Shown: one piece after another, positions 1-14,890 of the stretch | How the letters are laid out: each line of letters starts with the position of its first letter | How positions within the stretch are numbered: position 1 is the first letter of the stretch | Source: Haliotis rubra | Taxonomy: Eukaryota | DNA length: 64,000 bases | Reading direction: 5' to 3' | Assembly: GCF_003918875.1 (NCBI RefSeq) | Contig: NW_025766002.1 | Location: forward strand, 4,154,001-4,218,000 | Made by a program: the position numbers and the translations under genes | Notes under the pieces: model-generated | Told to the model about the DNA's origin: nothing | The model's input: only the letters and a program-made list of their open reading frames with translations | Databases searched by the model: none

Positions 1-1452
1 ACTCGGTTCATTTCTAAAACCTCTATCTTTGGCCTCTTTCAGCTGTGGACAACATTGGTCTACGAATGCTCCATATATCCATTTCATGTAGTAGCACTGT
101 TTAATAGACATTGGTAAGCATAGTCTTCTTCTTTCATTCTTTAATAAACTATTTTGTTAGCATTGATGTGTTTACATATTATATAGCCATTGAAGGAAGA
201 ACTTTTAAGGTATAACATAAATGTCAAAGTTGGCACAAGGCATTGGGCATTCAGAAACTTTGGAAAGGTCTAAATACAGTTCCAATTAAGGATAATGTTT
301 TGTATTCAATCAATGACTGCTCTGTTCCACAATTGATAATGCGATTTCCTTCATGAAATTGGATCCATCTGTTGATGAAACAAATATGAAACGATATGTA
401 TGCTTGCAAAATGAGTGTATAATATGTTCAAGATGGAAGAACGGAACATATATCAATTATGACTGCATATGTGTACATTATATTACATGTGCACATTTGT
501 TTTATAGTTCTATGGACAGAACGAAGAATAAACGATTGCCATTGCAAGTATCAAAATTGAAGCATTTTGACCTTTATGTTTTATGTTCGTGTTATTTGCT
601 TACTATGTGAATAACCATATGTTGTAAATCAACCCTGTTTCTAGAACACTTTATAAGTTCCCCTATTTCTGTTTCTACTCATTCGAACTACAGCCTTATA
701 GATGGCGACGTACATTATTGACTCTTAAAACGACACCTTTTCAGAAGTCCATGAATGATGAATTAGCTTGGTCTTTGAGTTTCTCTAATATAGTTGCAAA
801 TATTTACGTCTGCAGTGTTTGTCCCTAACTATAAGAGAATCCACCGTAATAAACGCACACCGTGCATTTATGTTAAGCTTCCAAATGGCCAATAATGCCA
901 GTACGATTCAAAGAACATATGTGTCTGTCCAATCACTTGTTCCATTAAATATAGCATTGTATGCTCTTCAGATGACATTAGTGGGCTTCCGTGAGTAAGT
1001 GCTTGGTCTGTATCTTATTTCAAACAATAGGCGCTGTATTATGTAGTGTGGACGGAGCGTGGTTGGCTTATAATCTTACACATGGTCGGCTTATGTGAGT
1101 CGACAGTGTTTTCATTACAGATCGTCCTTCACTGTTCCGCGAGGCAATTAACTTGAACACATTATTTTCGCTTGTCGTTACAAATATGATCAGGAGTAAC
1201 CGGACGAATGTACACTTAGTAATAGTTGTAAATGTCGTAAATAAGTACTGCATGTATGCGTCGATGTTGTGTTCATTATGTGATGAAGAGGTGTGTGAGA
1301 TTTATTCATTTTAGCAGTTTTCCAAAGATCACTGGGACAGTAAACTATGATTAGATTTTATATAGATGACCCATGTAGGAGTTCGATCAAGTGACTTCCT
1401 TCCAAATCCTGAAAGGATGCGAAGGTTGCAAACTGTATAAGTTTGATTATGT

Positions 1453-1559
1453 CGAATCCCCACATGTGTACAATGTGTGAAGCCCATTTCTGGTGTCCCC
1501 CGCCGTGATGTTGCTGGAATATTGCTAAAAGCGGCGTAAAACCAAACTCAGTCAGTCAG
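1453..1559 (+). mobile_element. SINE family 1 (tRNA-Asp-like head), 5'-truncated
   Basis: Family body and (CAGT)n tail; TSD TGATTATGT. Confidence 0.8.
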
Positions 1560-2559
1560 TGATTATGTAAAAATAAGATACATCACCAATGAGTCCAATC
1601 AATGTTACTCGAATCGAAACTGTTATCTGGAATAAGATCAGGTGCAATCACTTGATAAAATTAGATATCTAACAACAATGGTCTTAAAAAGTATCCATAA
1701 TCATAACATCCTTTCCCTGGTTCTCTCGGGTTAATTCTGCAGGCTTTATTTTTATCCTGTCGATATTTCTCTTCCAAAGACATGTTTGGTGTAGCTTTGT
1801 TGTATACAAATTTAAGACAAGGCATCTGCTAATGAGGAAATTGTGCCCATATCAATTAACCTCAGTATACGCAGACATATCGTTATAATCTCCTTTCAGT
1901 GAAAGGCACAGCTAAACTTGTAATCACCACAGGTTCATTAGCAACTTTAATTGCAAATCGCGACCATGTCGACGTCTCGTGCTAAATGACAGTCTGGCAC
2001 ATTTACTGACTGCAATATTTCTAAAGGACTTTTCTCATCTAATGATGTTCATGTGAACATATTTGCTCTGGCCCAAGTTCGACAGATACTGCGATGGAGC
2101 AATTGAGCATACACAAGTTCAAGTATCTCTTTTTAAATAAACCATCGCTATCGCTAAAACATTTCATTGATTGTCTTTCTCGCTTACATAAAAGTGTCTT
2201 TTCTGTCATGCACATCATTATATATTTCTCTTCGATAATCACTGACGTGTCCGTGGTCTGATAGATAAAGTGGGAGGTGGGCGGTTCAATCCACGACAAG
2301 GACATGTCATAAGACGTTAACGATTCGGCATGTCGTGGGTAAAACAAGGAGCAGTCCGCTCAGGGCTGAAATACTGTGTCTGAAGGGGTGTCCATGTTAA
2401 CTCCGGTATGGCGCTATAAAACCTGTAGTGGTCTTAGAATTTAACAAGTCGACATGAACGCCCCCCCACACACGTACGCAAGCACGACGCCTTACCTCGA
2501 TATCAACTAAGCGAGCCCACCGTAGTACATAATAATTACATTATATATTTTACATATTA

Positions 2560-3370
2560 TAGACTGTGCTATAAGTGCGATAAATTACAGATTTAACTTA
2601 CAAATGCATTACAGATACAAGATATGAATATAGTTAATTTTCGTATGATCGAAAATCGCTTGTCTGAAAGCGTTCCTAATAACAATTGCAGCTTGTTACA
2701 ATTTGGATTTACATAGTAAAATTTATTAAAATAACTCTCTCTTAGTTTTATGAAATGCGGGCATACAAGTAAGTAATGGTATTCGTCCCCGACTAGTTGT
2801 AAATTACACAACCTGCAGGTACGACATTTATAATTTATTTTAGACCATCGACCAGTCGCCACAGGTAGGGAATGATTACTGGTACTTGTAAGGATTTTTA
2901 AAAGCGGGATTTGTAATTTACAAGGTAGATCCATATACCGTTATTCGCCCCCCAAAAAAGTTTCAGGACATTGAACCTTTATGGGAATTTGTCTGATCGG
3001 CATACCATCTCTGAATAAACTGACCAGACAAAGGCTGAAATACTGTAGAGATAAGCCATTGTAGGTCGTACATATGATAATAATTAAACACGAATGACAA
3101 ACCACATTTGTCTAATATACATTTTAACATTAGCAAGCCATGGTGAAGCATGCATATTATTTTCTAGCATTTGTGATAACACATTGTGAATTATAACATT
3201 ATATTTTGATATACATAAGTAGCAAGTTTAAACCAATGTGAAATTATTCGCTTTTTAATATATACAGAAATAGGAAGTCGTCCCACCTCCACGAGTGTGG
3301 GATCACAATAAATAAGATTAGAGATTGGAAAAAGAATGTTGATATGGCGATTTGAAACATAAGGGCGACG
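2560..3370 (-). mobile_element. Degenerate non-LTR retrotransposon ORF2 3' fragment (RTE-X/CR1-like)
   Basis: Minus-strand frames give EVGRLPI..IKKRIISHWFKL and SNHSLPVATGRW..CRLCNLQLVGDEYHYLLVCPHFIKLR (LINE C-terminal Cys/His motif), with frameshifts. Confidence 0.75.
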
Positions 3371-3387
3371 TATCTCCACGTGTAGAT

Positions 3388-3551
3388 GGGCCGTGGGGTA
3401 ACCTAGTGGTTAAACCGTTTGCTCGTCACGCCGAAGACCCGGGATCGATTCCCCATACGGGTACAATGTGTGAAGCCCATTTCTGGTGTCCCCCGTCGTG
3501 ATATTGCTGGAATATTGCTAAAAGCGGCGTAAAACCCATCTCACTCACTCA
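3388..3551 (+). mobile_element. SINE family 1
   Basis: Full length; 14-bp TSD CTCCACGTGTAGAT. Confidence 0.88.
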
Positions 3552-3599
3552 CTCCACGTGTAGATCTGATTCCACTACAATTACAATTACATGTACAGT

Positions 3600-3745
3600 G
3601 ACACAAGAAACTTTTTAACATGTGTTATATTTGGGATTACTCTTTCTCAGTAAAGTACAGATTCTAGTAGTTTTGTTGGTTCAGTCCGATCCGGGATTCG
3701 AACCCACACCCTCAGAATCAAGCACATAATCACCAGCACACACAA
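3600..3745 (-). mobile_element. SINE family 4, partial
   Basis: Homologous to 53900-54100. Confidence 0.6.
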
Positions 3746-4941
3746 GGTTTTGCAACAACAAAAAAGAAAGAAAGAATGCAAGGACAGTTAAAATTTATAA
3801 AAACCCTGAAATACTCAAAGTTGCCATTACCACGAGATGACGAATGCTGCTAAATAGCAATACTACTCAGCTGTCGACGACCACATTAATCTTGCACTTC
3901 CTTTATAATGGCTAATAGCTACATAATGGTACAGTTTCTGAAGTTGGGACTGTTGACATGAATCAAACATTGTTTTCCAAAGAGCTTAATGGTTGCAACA
4001 GTGTTTAATAGTTTCCAGTGTTCACAGCAAACATACTTACATATAGTACTCAGTATTAAGGCATCCTACTACAGCCTCAGGGCATATTGCTCACTAGGGG
4101 AGTTAGTAAAGACGCATTGGGGATCAAAACAGATTAGGCCTTAAATGGCCCCGCAAACTACGGTAATTATCGATCACTTTCATCTTCTTCGAGAGGACAA
4201 AAGCACCAACAAAGTATGCATTACTGGTATGCATGCGGAGTGAACGATGCGTGACCTCCTTGACCATGTGGCCAGAGCGCTGTAGTGAGGAAAAAGGGGA
4301 TAACGTCGCGTTCATGTTGTTGGTCTTTTGTCACTAATATAAAGATGTGCATGCATGTGCATGTGGCTGTTTGTACTCTAAACGGATAGTGTATATTGAC
4401 AATCATTACTCCGTCACAGATATGACGTCAGCTGGGTCATGTCAAACCTACATTGTATTTGTATCGCAAATCTTCCCCGGGGTATTCCGGTTGAGCATTG
4501 GTCCTCCGGTTGAGTATTTGACCTCGATAACCTACGCTAAGGGACCGGGTTGTCAGACTCACTGACTTGGTTGGTACATGTCACGCTAGTTGAGTAGATC
4601 TTTGCTCATTGTGTTAGTCACTTGACTGTCCGTCGAGACTAGATTATTTACAGATCACCTTAATGCAGTTTGAGTATTCTGAGTGCTGCTTTAAGCAACA
4701 AAAAAAGCAATCAATGTCCGTTCCAATGAAGATTGGCCAAGGGACATTAACATGTTTTGCTGGTCTGTCATGATAATATAAGAAAGCACAGTTAAAGAAC
4801 AAGTTCTTTATGAAGGTATTAAACATACTATCGCGCTACTAAAACATTCCAATAGGTGTCCTTAATGAGCAAACATCGTGAAACATGCACCAAATTTGGA
4901 GATTGGGATTCTGAAAGGGTATGGTTTCTAGCCAGTCCCCA

Positions 4942-5178
4942 TCGTGACATATTTCTATAAAATTATTTACATTAATTCATAACGTCCGTAGTATTTTCAT
5001 AATATCATTGAGTGGAATGCTGTGGCATCGTAACTGACATGTATACTCATGCCAATAATGATTATTGGCATGAGTATACATGTCAGTTACGATGCCACAG
5101 CATTCCACTCAATGATATTATGAAATTACTACGGACGTTATGAATTAATGTAAATAATTTTATAGAAATATGTCACGA
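4942..5178. repeat. 237-bp near-perfect palindrome
   Basis: 118-bp arms around a 1-nt centre at 5060; one mismatch seen. Confidence 0.92.
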
Positions 5179-6129
5179 AGATACGATTATTTAAATATGT
5201 TTTCATTATGAACTACTGTATTGTATTTGCTAGCTCGGCGTTACACTTCTGACCCCACACCCTATCAAGAGTTACGTCAGGGACGTGCACGTATGTTTCT
5301 ACACTTCTCATTTACCTACATGTCGCTTCACTGCACGAAGTTTAATTTTTGTTGGTTCATTATACAACATTTTAGATTTATCAAAAGAGAACAGTAATCA
5401 ATCAAAACATATTTAAATCAAGTTTTACTAAAGTTGCATCAAATGTTCTACCGATCAGTAATGTTGGGGTACAAATATGTCATCGCATAGAGTGTATCCT
5501 CCAAGAACATGTAGTTTCACCCTGGAAAAGGAACTACTCACCAGATACGTCAGTAATGTGTATATCCGTGGCGCTGCCATACGTTGGTCTGAGTTCTGGA
5601 AAGGTAGGTGGTTCACATCGTAATTGGACAACAGGTTAAGACGATTGAGTTAATCTGTTAATATCCACACATCATGCATCAACCATGACGTTTACTCCCT
5701 CCGCTGGCGGTGGTCAACACTAGGTTTCCTGAACACTCTAATCCTTCGGGGAAACACCACTCCGCTCTAAACGATTGGCCTGCGACCGTTTGCACCCAGC
5801 TCCAGCACTGGTATGTCGTGTTCCAGGTAGATAAGTCCCACCTGAGCGGGGAAGGCTGATCGAGGGCATTGATCGCTGGACAGAGAATAATTAAGGTGTC
5901 TGTTCTAGTGTGGTACTGGATTGGCAGGGAATCTGTTTGAGAGACAGTCTTTCCGTTGAATTAGATCGAACCTCAGTAATGCCATGTAATATGTACATGT
6001 GTATATGTGTAGATATATGCAGTCAGTCGGGACGGCGTTACACTACATCGCCATAACGTACAATTTGAAACACAGGGTACATAATGGCTTCAGTGAGTTA
6101 GGACTAAACAAATTTTAGAAATTGTTCAA

Positions 6130-6275
6130 GTGAATGAGTTGGACTTTACGCAGCATTCCACAGTATTTCAGCAATGTCACTGCGGGAGACAATGGAGGAA
6201 AATGGGCATTGTACCCATGTGGGGATCGAAACCGGTCCTTCGGAGTGATTAGCGAACCAGTAGGTGACACTACCG
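6130..6275 (-). mobile_element. SINE family 1, degenerate
   Basis: Reverse-complement match to the family body. Confidence 0.6.
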
Positions 6276-8814
6276 TCCATTGCTACATTTAACCATAACA
6301 CAGAGCGGACTAATGGGTCCGTTTTCGGCAATTGTGTTGCTAAAATATATCAGTTGAGATATCAATTACCTGTGCGTACTAATTCCACATCGATACAAAT
6401 ACGAGAATGAACCACTAAACTATGAAACTTTAGAATTTATTAAATGTCTGCTTTTTCTTCCCATGACTGAATAATAATTAGAACATGTCCGAACTAAACA
6501 CTTTTCACTTTTAAAAGGTTATTTTACACGTTACAGATGTTCGTCTTTGAGGCGATCGCTACGACATCCCAAAGTCAATATCTTTCTTGCACATCTGTTT
6601 ATGACATTTATTGCATATATCATCCCAGTACATATTTACGATACTATATACTGTCCGACTACGGACCACAAAATCGAGTGTCCACTTTACTGGAGCTCCA
6701 ACTTAAACGTCATGTCATTGCATGTATGGGTGGACTTGCAGTCTAATATCAAGAACACTCGTCCTGAGACGGTCAATTAATTCCAAATATGCTTCCACTA
6801 CTTACTAATCGTTTCAAATTAAATAAATATATTCAAATTTTAAACAGTGTCCATACGTTAACAGTATTGAAGAGGGATTGCTTCACATGATAATGAGGAG
6901 ATGCTGCCATCTTGTCTCCGAAGCAAAGGACATAGCGCGGAAGTTAAAGGGCTTCGACACAGTCGCCCGTGATTGCGGAATCTCTAGTTGTTATGGTACT
7001 GTTATATGGCAATAGAAAGGTTTCCCAATTTATGTGTACTATGGAAACATTCTGACGAAAAATTATGCAATATTCTAACAGCGTTGGTGCAAGGTTAACA
7101 TCCTTTGATTACTTTCAGATGGTCCAGAATAGTCTTCTTGCTTTGTTCACTCAACTCAGTTCAGCGATATGGTTTCTGTATAAATCATGCATTAGACATA
7201 GGGCAGTCGTAACAGTAACATTTAACGCGTCATGACATGTACTAGGGAGGAGGCCGTGGAATATAGATGTAATAATCTGCCATCAAAAGAACAATCAGCT
7301 CTACAATATGACCACGAAATATACGACAGTTCCAGAACCTAAACCAAACACCTCAACGCAAGCAGTTCGGTACCCGTCGGCCATGCGAATCCCCAATGCA
7401 CGTTGGTAAGAGGTAATTCTTGCTAAATCCAAAACCATACTTTAAGAAATCGTGTCCAAACAGCCAATCACTGTCCAAACAGCCAATCAAGTTACTGTTC
7501 ACGTTTCTGGCCAGGTGATCATCTCCATGCTCCTCGAGCACGTGTTTTACCACCGGTTAACAAATCGAAACATTCAAGCCACACGCCAATAGTGTTTTTA
7601 CCGTGGAAACTAAGTGGAAGATCGGCGGTCGTGTGCGCCTACATCCAAGGCCACACTCTATGTTGGCCGAAATAGGCTTCTTTAGCCAGAGGAACCCCTT
7701 AAAGTGCCATTAGGAGATTGACGCGGAGAATGGTGCTGTGTGTAAACGAATGTTTGACCAATTGCGGAGAGAAGAACCACGACTGATCAGGCTTTCTCAA
7801 ACGTTCATTTGTTGACAAAACACCCTTGTCTTTCTTGGTCGTTTGCACCGACAACGTTTCATTGTTTGACATGTTTTAACAGTTCTCATTTTTTGCATCC
7901 ACCCATTACCATCACTCGATACCTCTTTGTGTTTCCGTAATCATCACTTTTTGGAGAGCACTGCGTACAGTTATTACAGCAACAAATGCGTCAATGTTAC
8001 AGTCAGATGCGTTAGAGGTTCAACTAAATACCTCATTACATAAAGGATACGTCAGCGATACGGTTAAATGAAACATTAGAATGTCACGAAAATGATAATG
8101 CTCCAGATCCCATACCACAGATCGAGTAATTACGGTTGTGTGGGATTCTTGAGTATCGATCAATCAGTGATACAGATCTCCCCAGAGATTTCACTTGCTA
8201 CAACACAAATGGTGAAATATAACACACGGTGATTACTTGCATGTGTGTTTACATTGCAACCCATATAACGTAACCTAATATTTGTAGTACACATGTATTC
8301 TATACCTCTGGCACTGTGTCCACAGGGTGGTATCTCGTGCAAGTCCTTAATGACATAGAAACCGTTATGTAATATACAGAATAGGAACAATTTACATTAT
8401 ATTACTAAGAATAGCTTAACCGGTTCTACGGTATAGTTAGATGAGATTTTTGCCGCAGTTCTTTTTGAACGGCACAGTGATGGTTTTCTAAGAACGTAGG
8501 GTGACACATTACTGTTACTGCAGAACACAGAAGTTCAAAGTTCCTAAGAACGGTTTTCTGTGACATTATGTTTGTAGAAAGAAACACTTCTCTCAAAAAT
8601 ATGACAAGACGTTGAAAATCTTAACGAAACAATTCTTTGTGAATGTACGATCTCATGTTTCACTCAATGAGTAGGACTCAACAGTGCTCTGTGAATGCTC
8701 GACAGTGTAACAGTTCAACCCATCGGTCTTCTGGCACTTCATCCCCGAGTGTTGTCTTCCGTCGCCAATCCTGAACTTCCATCTGTGAATAAAACGTACG
8801 CTCTTGGACAAAAG

Positions 8815-9168
8815 ACCGCCTCCGTGGTGTAGTGGTTAGAGCGTCCGCCCGGAGAGCGGAAGGTCGCGGGTTCGATCCCCGACCGCGTCATACCAAAAGA
8901 CGTTAAAATATGGTACTTGTTGGTCCCTGTCTGGCGCTCGGCATTAATGGGTACAACAGGGACTGGTCGGCTCAGAGTCAGTATAATGTGTCTGAGTGGG
9001 GTATTCATGTTTCACTGCGGCATGGTATCTCAGTGGACTAGCACTATAAAACCAGCTTAAGTCTGGGCTAGTACAAGCAGCCGCACATACACATACACAC
9101 GCATGCACGTCGTCATATGAGCGAAATATTCTCAAGCACGACGTTAAATCCAATTTCACCTCACCTCA
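8815..9168 (+). mobile_element. tRNA-derived SINE, family 3 (Meta/MESC-like central domain)
   Basis: A/B boxes, GTCAGTATAATGTG...CAGTGGACTAGCACTATA core, (TCACC)n tail, 15-bp TSD GCTCTTGGACAAAAG (8800-8814, 9169-9183). Confidence 0.85.
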
Positions 9169-9887
9169 GCTCTTGGACAAAAGGATGGTTCTATCACCTT
9201 ATAGAAAAACGAAACATTTTTTAGTATATTTTTAGTGAGACGAAACTTGAACTGTTTATATTCTATCGTTGTTGTGATGACATCCTCGTTTGGCTTACTT
9301 GGACTGTGCGACACTAGGTAGAATAGTCGTCAATCGGTTTGTTTGTAGGAATAGCACACGAACGACACTAACAAAGAGCACAAAACCTTACAAATGATGG
9401 ACTGTACAGACTGGTTCCGTATGCAATTATATTTTCCCTGGGGACTGGAACATGAGGGTTGAATGGAAACAAATAAATCTGTTAATGCAAACGCGGAATA
9501 CTCTGGCCTTGTGCACGTTTTCCGTTGACAAACACGTCGCTTCCAATTCCTCAAGGGATCGTGAATGTTTGTTTGGCAATTTTCTCCAAGCTATTCTAAC
9601 CTTGCCATGTGTATGGTGTTCTATTTATAAACTCTACACACAATATCCAATCGAGAGTTGTTTTGGTTGTGTTATGAGGACGTTAAGCTGTAAACATCGT
9701 TTAAACCCAATACAGAAAGATAATTCATGTATAATAACTCCTTTATTAATTTTAACCTATCTGCATGCTACTTCCGCACCTTCACCGTGTTATGATTATG
9801 GCAATGACACCAGGCGCATTTATCCTGATATATGGTGGGAAGAATATTGTCTCTTTCAGTGAGTGAAGGTAAAATTATAGAAAACAA

Positions 9888-10054
9888 GGGTCGGTGGGGT
9901 AGCTAGTGCTTAAAATGTTCGCTCGTCACACCGAAGACCCGGGTTCGATTCCCTACATGGGTACATTGTGTGAAACCCATTTCTGGTGTCCCCCGCCGTT
10001 GTATTGCTTTAATATTGATAAAACCTTTGTAAAATCTCACTCGCTCACTCACTC
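9888..10054 (+). mobile_element. SINE family 1
   Basis: TSD TAGAAAACAA. Confidence 0.85.
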
Positions 10055-12024
10055 TAGAAAACAACCATACCCTAAATGTCATATTTTCACACCACCCTCA
10101 GATATATTCCTGTCAAATGAATGAGTCTGTCAAGGGAGTCTGGACGTAACAATCAAGTGATTGATATCATGAGCATCGATCTACGTAATTGTGATACGAA
10201 GACATGTATCAAACGAGTCAGCTATTCTGATAACGTGAGTCTCCTTTACAACAAGCGTTGGTTTCCGAACATCAGTTGCAAACCCGATCTTCACGTGTGT
10301 AAACAATTCAGTGATGAACAGATCGATACCGTCAATGAGCTGATGATGAATAATGATTAACCTCATTCAAGTAGTTTGGATAATCAGTCCGTTTGCCACT
10401 ACACTAAGTTGTAACTTGCGTAAGTAAACGAGATTTCTCGTCGCCACTGATGCTAAAATACAAACGAATATATGTTATAAGCGTTTAATTAGACTCAAAG
10501 AGAAATCCTCGATGCACGTGTACAGGGACGACATGTCAAAGAAGATGTCCACCCCTTCGATATTGTCCACTTGTGTGTATGCTTGCTGGGGTGTACTTCT
10601 GTGGTGATTCAAGAAGTATGTGAATTTTTAGGAACACCAGGTGTCATCACGTAATTTGGTGTACCAGTTCCACAGCAACTTTGTGGATAATCGTTTAGTG
10701 TTGACGTTTTCTATATTACATGGCTGAGATATTGCCGAGAAGGTTTAAGCATTCGCTTAGTCTTGGTGAAAGCGTTGGCTTGTCATGCCGAAGACCCGTG
10801 GACAATTCCCCTGACGGTTCCCTATTCCGGCGTACGCCGATGCTTTGGTGGCATGTTGCTAACAATCCAATTCACTCATACCATTATGGCAATATTTCTG
10901 TCTGCAATGTTAGTTTGTCTGAGTTTTTCTAATTGCTTCTCAGAACCACGAGACTCACCATTATCGCTTCGTTTTGTGAATGGTATGGTATGGTATTTGG
11001 GTTTAAGGGCAACTTGGACCTTTAAAGGTCTATTTGCGCCCAATACATCAAGTGACCTTAAACAAGAACAAAGAGAGTAAAGCAAATGAGATGGTTAACC
11101 AATCTACTTCATGAAATAGTTTACATTGTAAAACCCCAAGTAATTTCTGAAAAGTAAGAACTCGTTCAATATAAAGGCAGATCAGAAAAAGAGAAAACAT
11201 TAAAATGGTTTAAAAGTTTATATAGATCTATGTGTTTATCAAATTTTATAATGTATCAAATTTTCCGGTGCAGACACGAAGTTTTATATTGCGCACTGAA
11301 TTGAACCATAAAATATGTTTGGGCCTAAAAGTGTACTCTGAGAAAATGAGCTCAAGTACTGCACTTCATTGTGGCCTGGGCATTCAATTAAATAATGTTT
11401 CACTGTCTCGGGAGAATTTCCGTCACAATGTGTACATACAGAAGATACTTCTTTAACAGTGACACTGTGGTAAGCATTTAAACCACAGTGTCCAAGACGA
11501 AGTCTATTGATTATGACTTTCTTCGCGTTTCTTATGTCGACGAATTGTCCGATTTAATTTCACAGAAGGGCAAACTGAGTATATGTGTTGGCCAGCAGTC
11601 CCAAAGCATCCCACAACTGTTGCCAGCTTGAGGCATTATGACATCTTCAATATTTTATTTCCCCAAACTGAGGTTCGGACCATATTATGATCCATACTCT
11701 GTTCTCGTGTGTTTCACTTAAGTGGGGCAGGTAAGGAAACAGTCTGAACGGCTGGGCAAAAACTGGAGTGAACCAATACATTATTCACGTTATTGTTAAC
11801 GAAACACTGCAAACTGGAGGTCGGAAACGCAACTTTGATACCCGTATCGAATACATCACTATCAAATACAGTATCTACTCCAGTAATAGGCCAGCACGTA
11901 GAACATGACCATGTGTACAGGCACCAGAGCTGTGTTGTGTGGAAAGTCACGAACGTATTCATCTATGTCTCTCTACTGAACCCTGATTTTACCATCCTTA
12001 GCAACGTTAACGGCCTACATTATG

Positions 12025-12378
12025 GACCACCCCCGTGGTGTAGTGGTTAGAGCGTCCGCCCGGAGAGCGGAAGGTCGCGGGTTCAATCCCTGACCGCGTC
12101 ATACCAAAAGACGTTAAAATATGGTACTTGTTGGTTCCTGCATGGCGCACGGCATTAATAGGTACAACAAGGACTGGTCGGCTCGGAGTCAGTATAATGT
12201 GTCTGAGAGGGGTATTCATGCTTCACTGCGGCATGGTATCTCAGTGAGCTAACACTATACAACCAGCTTAAGTCTGGGCTAGTACAAGCAGCCACACATA
12301 CACACGCATGCACGTCGTCATATGAGCGAAATATTCTCAAGCACGACGTTAAACCCAATTTCACCTCACCTCACCTCA
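12025..12378 (+). mobile_element. tRNA-derived SINE, family 3
   Basis: Near-identical to 8815-9168; imperfect TSD CCTRCATTATG. Confidence 0.85.
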
Positions 12379-13184
12379 CCTGCATTATGATCTTTTCTTT
12401 TGGCTAGCGCTCTTCTTGTAGGACAGTTACTAATCACAGGACAACTGAAGGTCTTCATGTATAATTACATGACTGTCTCATAATATTGCTGATGCGTTAA
12501 TGGACTTAACACACGGCGTTATACCTTAACTATGTATAGTTTCTTTGTGAACTCGTTTCCTTATTAAAGTGCAAACTTGACGTTCTTTTAGAATTTGTCT
12601 GTAGATGTATTAAGTAACCTTGTATATTAATTGATGTTGCATTGTGTGGAGAAAATTTCCAATTTGACGTCTTTCGTCCACCTGTTCTACTCAGAAAACA
12701 CATAAAAATACACGTGAGCGACACGTGTATGATGGGAGCTTCACTGATGCTGCCAGATCAAGGATTATTTCCAAGGACGCCGTTTTGTGACTATAAGCAC
12801 ATTTTGTGTCGACTGCTGTCTCTTTGTTTCATCATGTTTTACTTTATTGTTTTAATGAGTGATGCACCTGGGGCTGTGTTTGATTATGTCCGTTTTAGCG
12901 TTGCAAGTGTACAGTGCTGACGGTTCAAGTGTCATCTAAGTACTTGTCATTGATCAAGGAGTGGCCGTAAAGTACAACTGAGCAAATACTTACCGAAGAC
13001 CACTTAGTTTAAGTTGTCAGCTGTTCTATATTGGCTTGCTTTCTGGTACATGTATTTCTGAATTTATGATGATTAAATCCATTTTCAGCAGAACTTGTAT
13101 GTTCATTATACGTACGTGTAAAGCAGATTCTTACTTACGTGTAACTGTTCACAGTTTTGTTCAACAACGATTTATAGTATGCAG

Positions 13185-13401
13185 TGAGTGAGTGAGTTTA
13201 GTTTTACGCCACTCAGCAATATTCCAGCCATGTGGTGGCGATCTGTAAATAATCGAGTCTGGACTAGACAATCCAGTGATCAACAGCATGAGCATCGATC
13301 TGCGCAATTGGGATACGATGACATGTGTCAACCATGTCAGTGAGCTTGACCACCCGATCCCGTTAGTCGCCTCTTACAACAAGCATGGGTTACCGGAGAT
13401 C
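13185..13401 (-). mobile_element. SINE family 2 (~240 bp; shares its 3' tail with family 1)
   Basis: CCCATGCTTGTCGTAAGAGGCGACTAA core on the minus strand; TSD TATAGTATG. Confidence 0.8.
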
Positions 13402-13534
13402 TATAGTATGTAAGCTATAGTTATCCCAAAATGAACTATAAGAAACACGTCATAAGTTATATATGCCAGTGTGCTAAATATTGACAAAAAAATCAAAGCA
13501 TGGGCATTAATACGCACTACGTAATTCTATCAAT

Positions 13535-13695
13535 TGTGAGTGAGTTACGTTTTACGTCGCTTTAGCACTACAAGCACTACATGGCGGAAGACACCAGAAA
13601 TGGGCTTTACACATTGTGTTTATGTCGGGAATGGAACCCGGGTCTTCGGCGTGCCGAGCGAGCGCTTTAACCTCTAGGCTACCTCACCGCCCCCG
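13535..13695 (-). mobile_element. SINE family 1
   Basis: Reverse-complement match, diverged. Confidence 0.75.
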
Positions 13696-14890
13696 TAAAG
13701 GTTGCACGTGCAGCGATGGTATAGCAGGTTAGTAGTTCTTTCCCAGTGGATGCTCAGATGTACGTTTTAATGACGAGCAATTGCAAGACTTGGTGCCTGG
13801 CGGCATTCAGTTTCGACATATTCCCAATTCAAAAAACAACAAACGTTGAGATTTGACCTTATTTTGCTGCAACAAGCACTCGATCACTCTCCTATTCCTT
13901 TCCCTCTCATAATATCTACGTACAGAAATATGTAAAGATGTGTAATGAGCTCAAACGTTTTAAACGGTTGCGTTTGCGGAGTACACTAGTGAACGAACAC
14001 GTGATAACATTGTTCAATCAAAACTACTGCATTCATATTGAATGTTTGAACAACATCAACAATCTCAACATCTTCTTTGCATTTCTTTCTTGTTGTATAA
14101 AGAGTGTATTATGTAATTTTATCAATACAATGATCAACATAGAATCAGTGGACACAGATGTCTCTTGATTGCAGGAAAGGATATAATTGTGTTTGTTTAC
14201 TCTAACACTATTGCAGTAATGTAACGATGGCCGCAATTGTCCAGCTGCTAAGACCACACTGTTGAATGAGCCCAAAGTGGTCAAATATTTTTATTATCGA
14301 TCTGTGAAACGCAGAGTTAAACATCGATAGTTCATGTATGAACTGTGTCTGTCCGAAACAATAGTATATATTGTATTTAGTAGAATGAAGAACAGGTGGT
14401 CGAATATTTTTTATATCGATCTTTTACAAGCAACCAAACGCTGACAACTGTACACAGGAAGTGATTCTGTGTGCAGCTTTTTATAGATCAATTCAGCGAG
14501 TACATAACTGGCGACAAAGTAAAACCTTGATATATTTAATCGAAGGTGCATGAAGAGATAAGTTTTGTTTAGTGTGCGAAACCAACCTGTGATACCTTGT
14601 AGAAAGACAACAGAATGCAGGTGCTTGTTATTTTATTTCACAAATTATTTTGATCTAGAGTATGATGATAACAGGTTGACTTAGGTACACGTCAATCCAT
14701 TTTACATAACAACTGCTCTGTAATTCTCTACATATAGTTCTTTGAATTCTGCTTGTGAGAGAGACATGTCTTGATGGAACTTAAGTTTCAAAGCGGATTC
14801 CTCCCGGTCGTACCTCACATCTGGTTTGATTTCAGGTATAGATATAGAGTAGTGTATACAGGTGTACATTGCTTCCTCCAAACAATATAA

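Noticed and set aside
7455-7490. Tandem TCCAAACAGCCAATCA (double CCAAT box)
   Set aside because: No associated exon or TSS evidence; CCAATCA is common in local repeats.
8815-8890. tRNA-like sequences with A/B boxes (also at the heads of all family 1 and 4 copies)
   Set aside because: They continue into SINE bodies with simple-repeat tails and TSDs, and the acceptor stems do not close; they are not tRNA genes.
11590-11990. Possible decayed transposon-borne cysteine protease fragment on the minus strand (VFDS and SCG-like words)
   Set aside because: The motifs are too short and lie in different frames; the call cannot be supported without a profile search.
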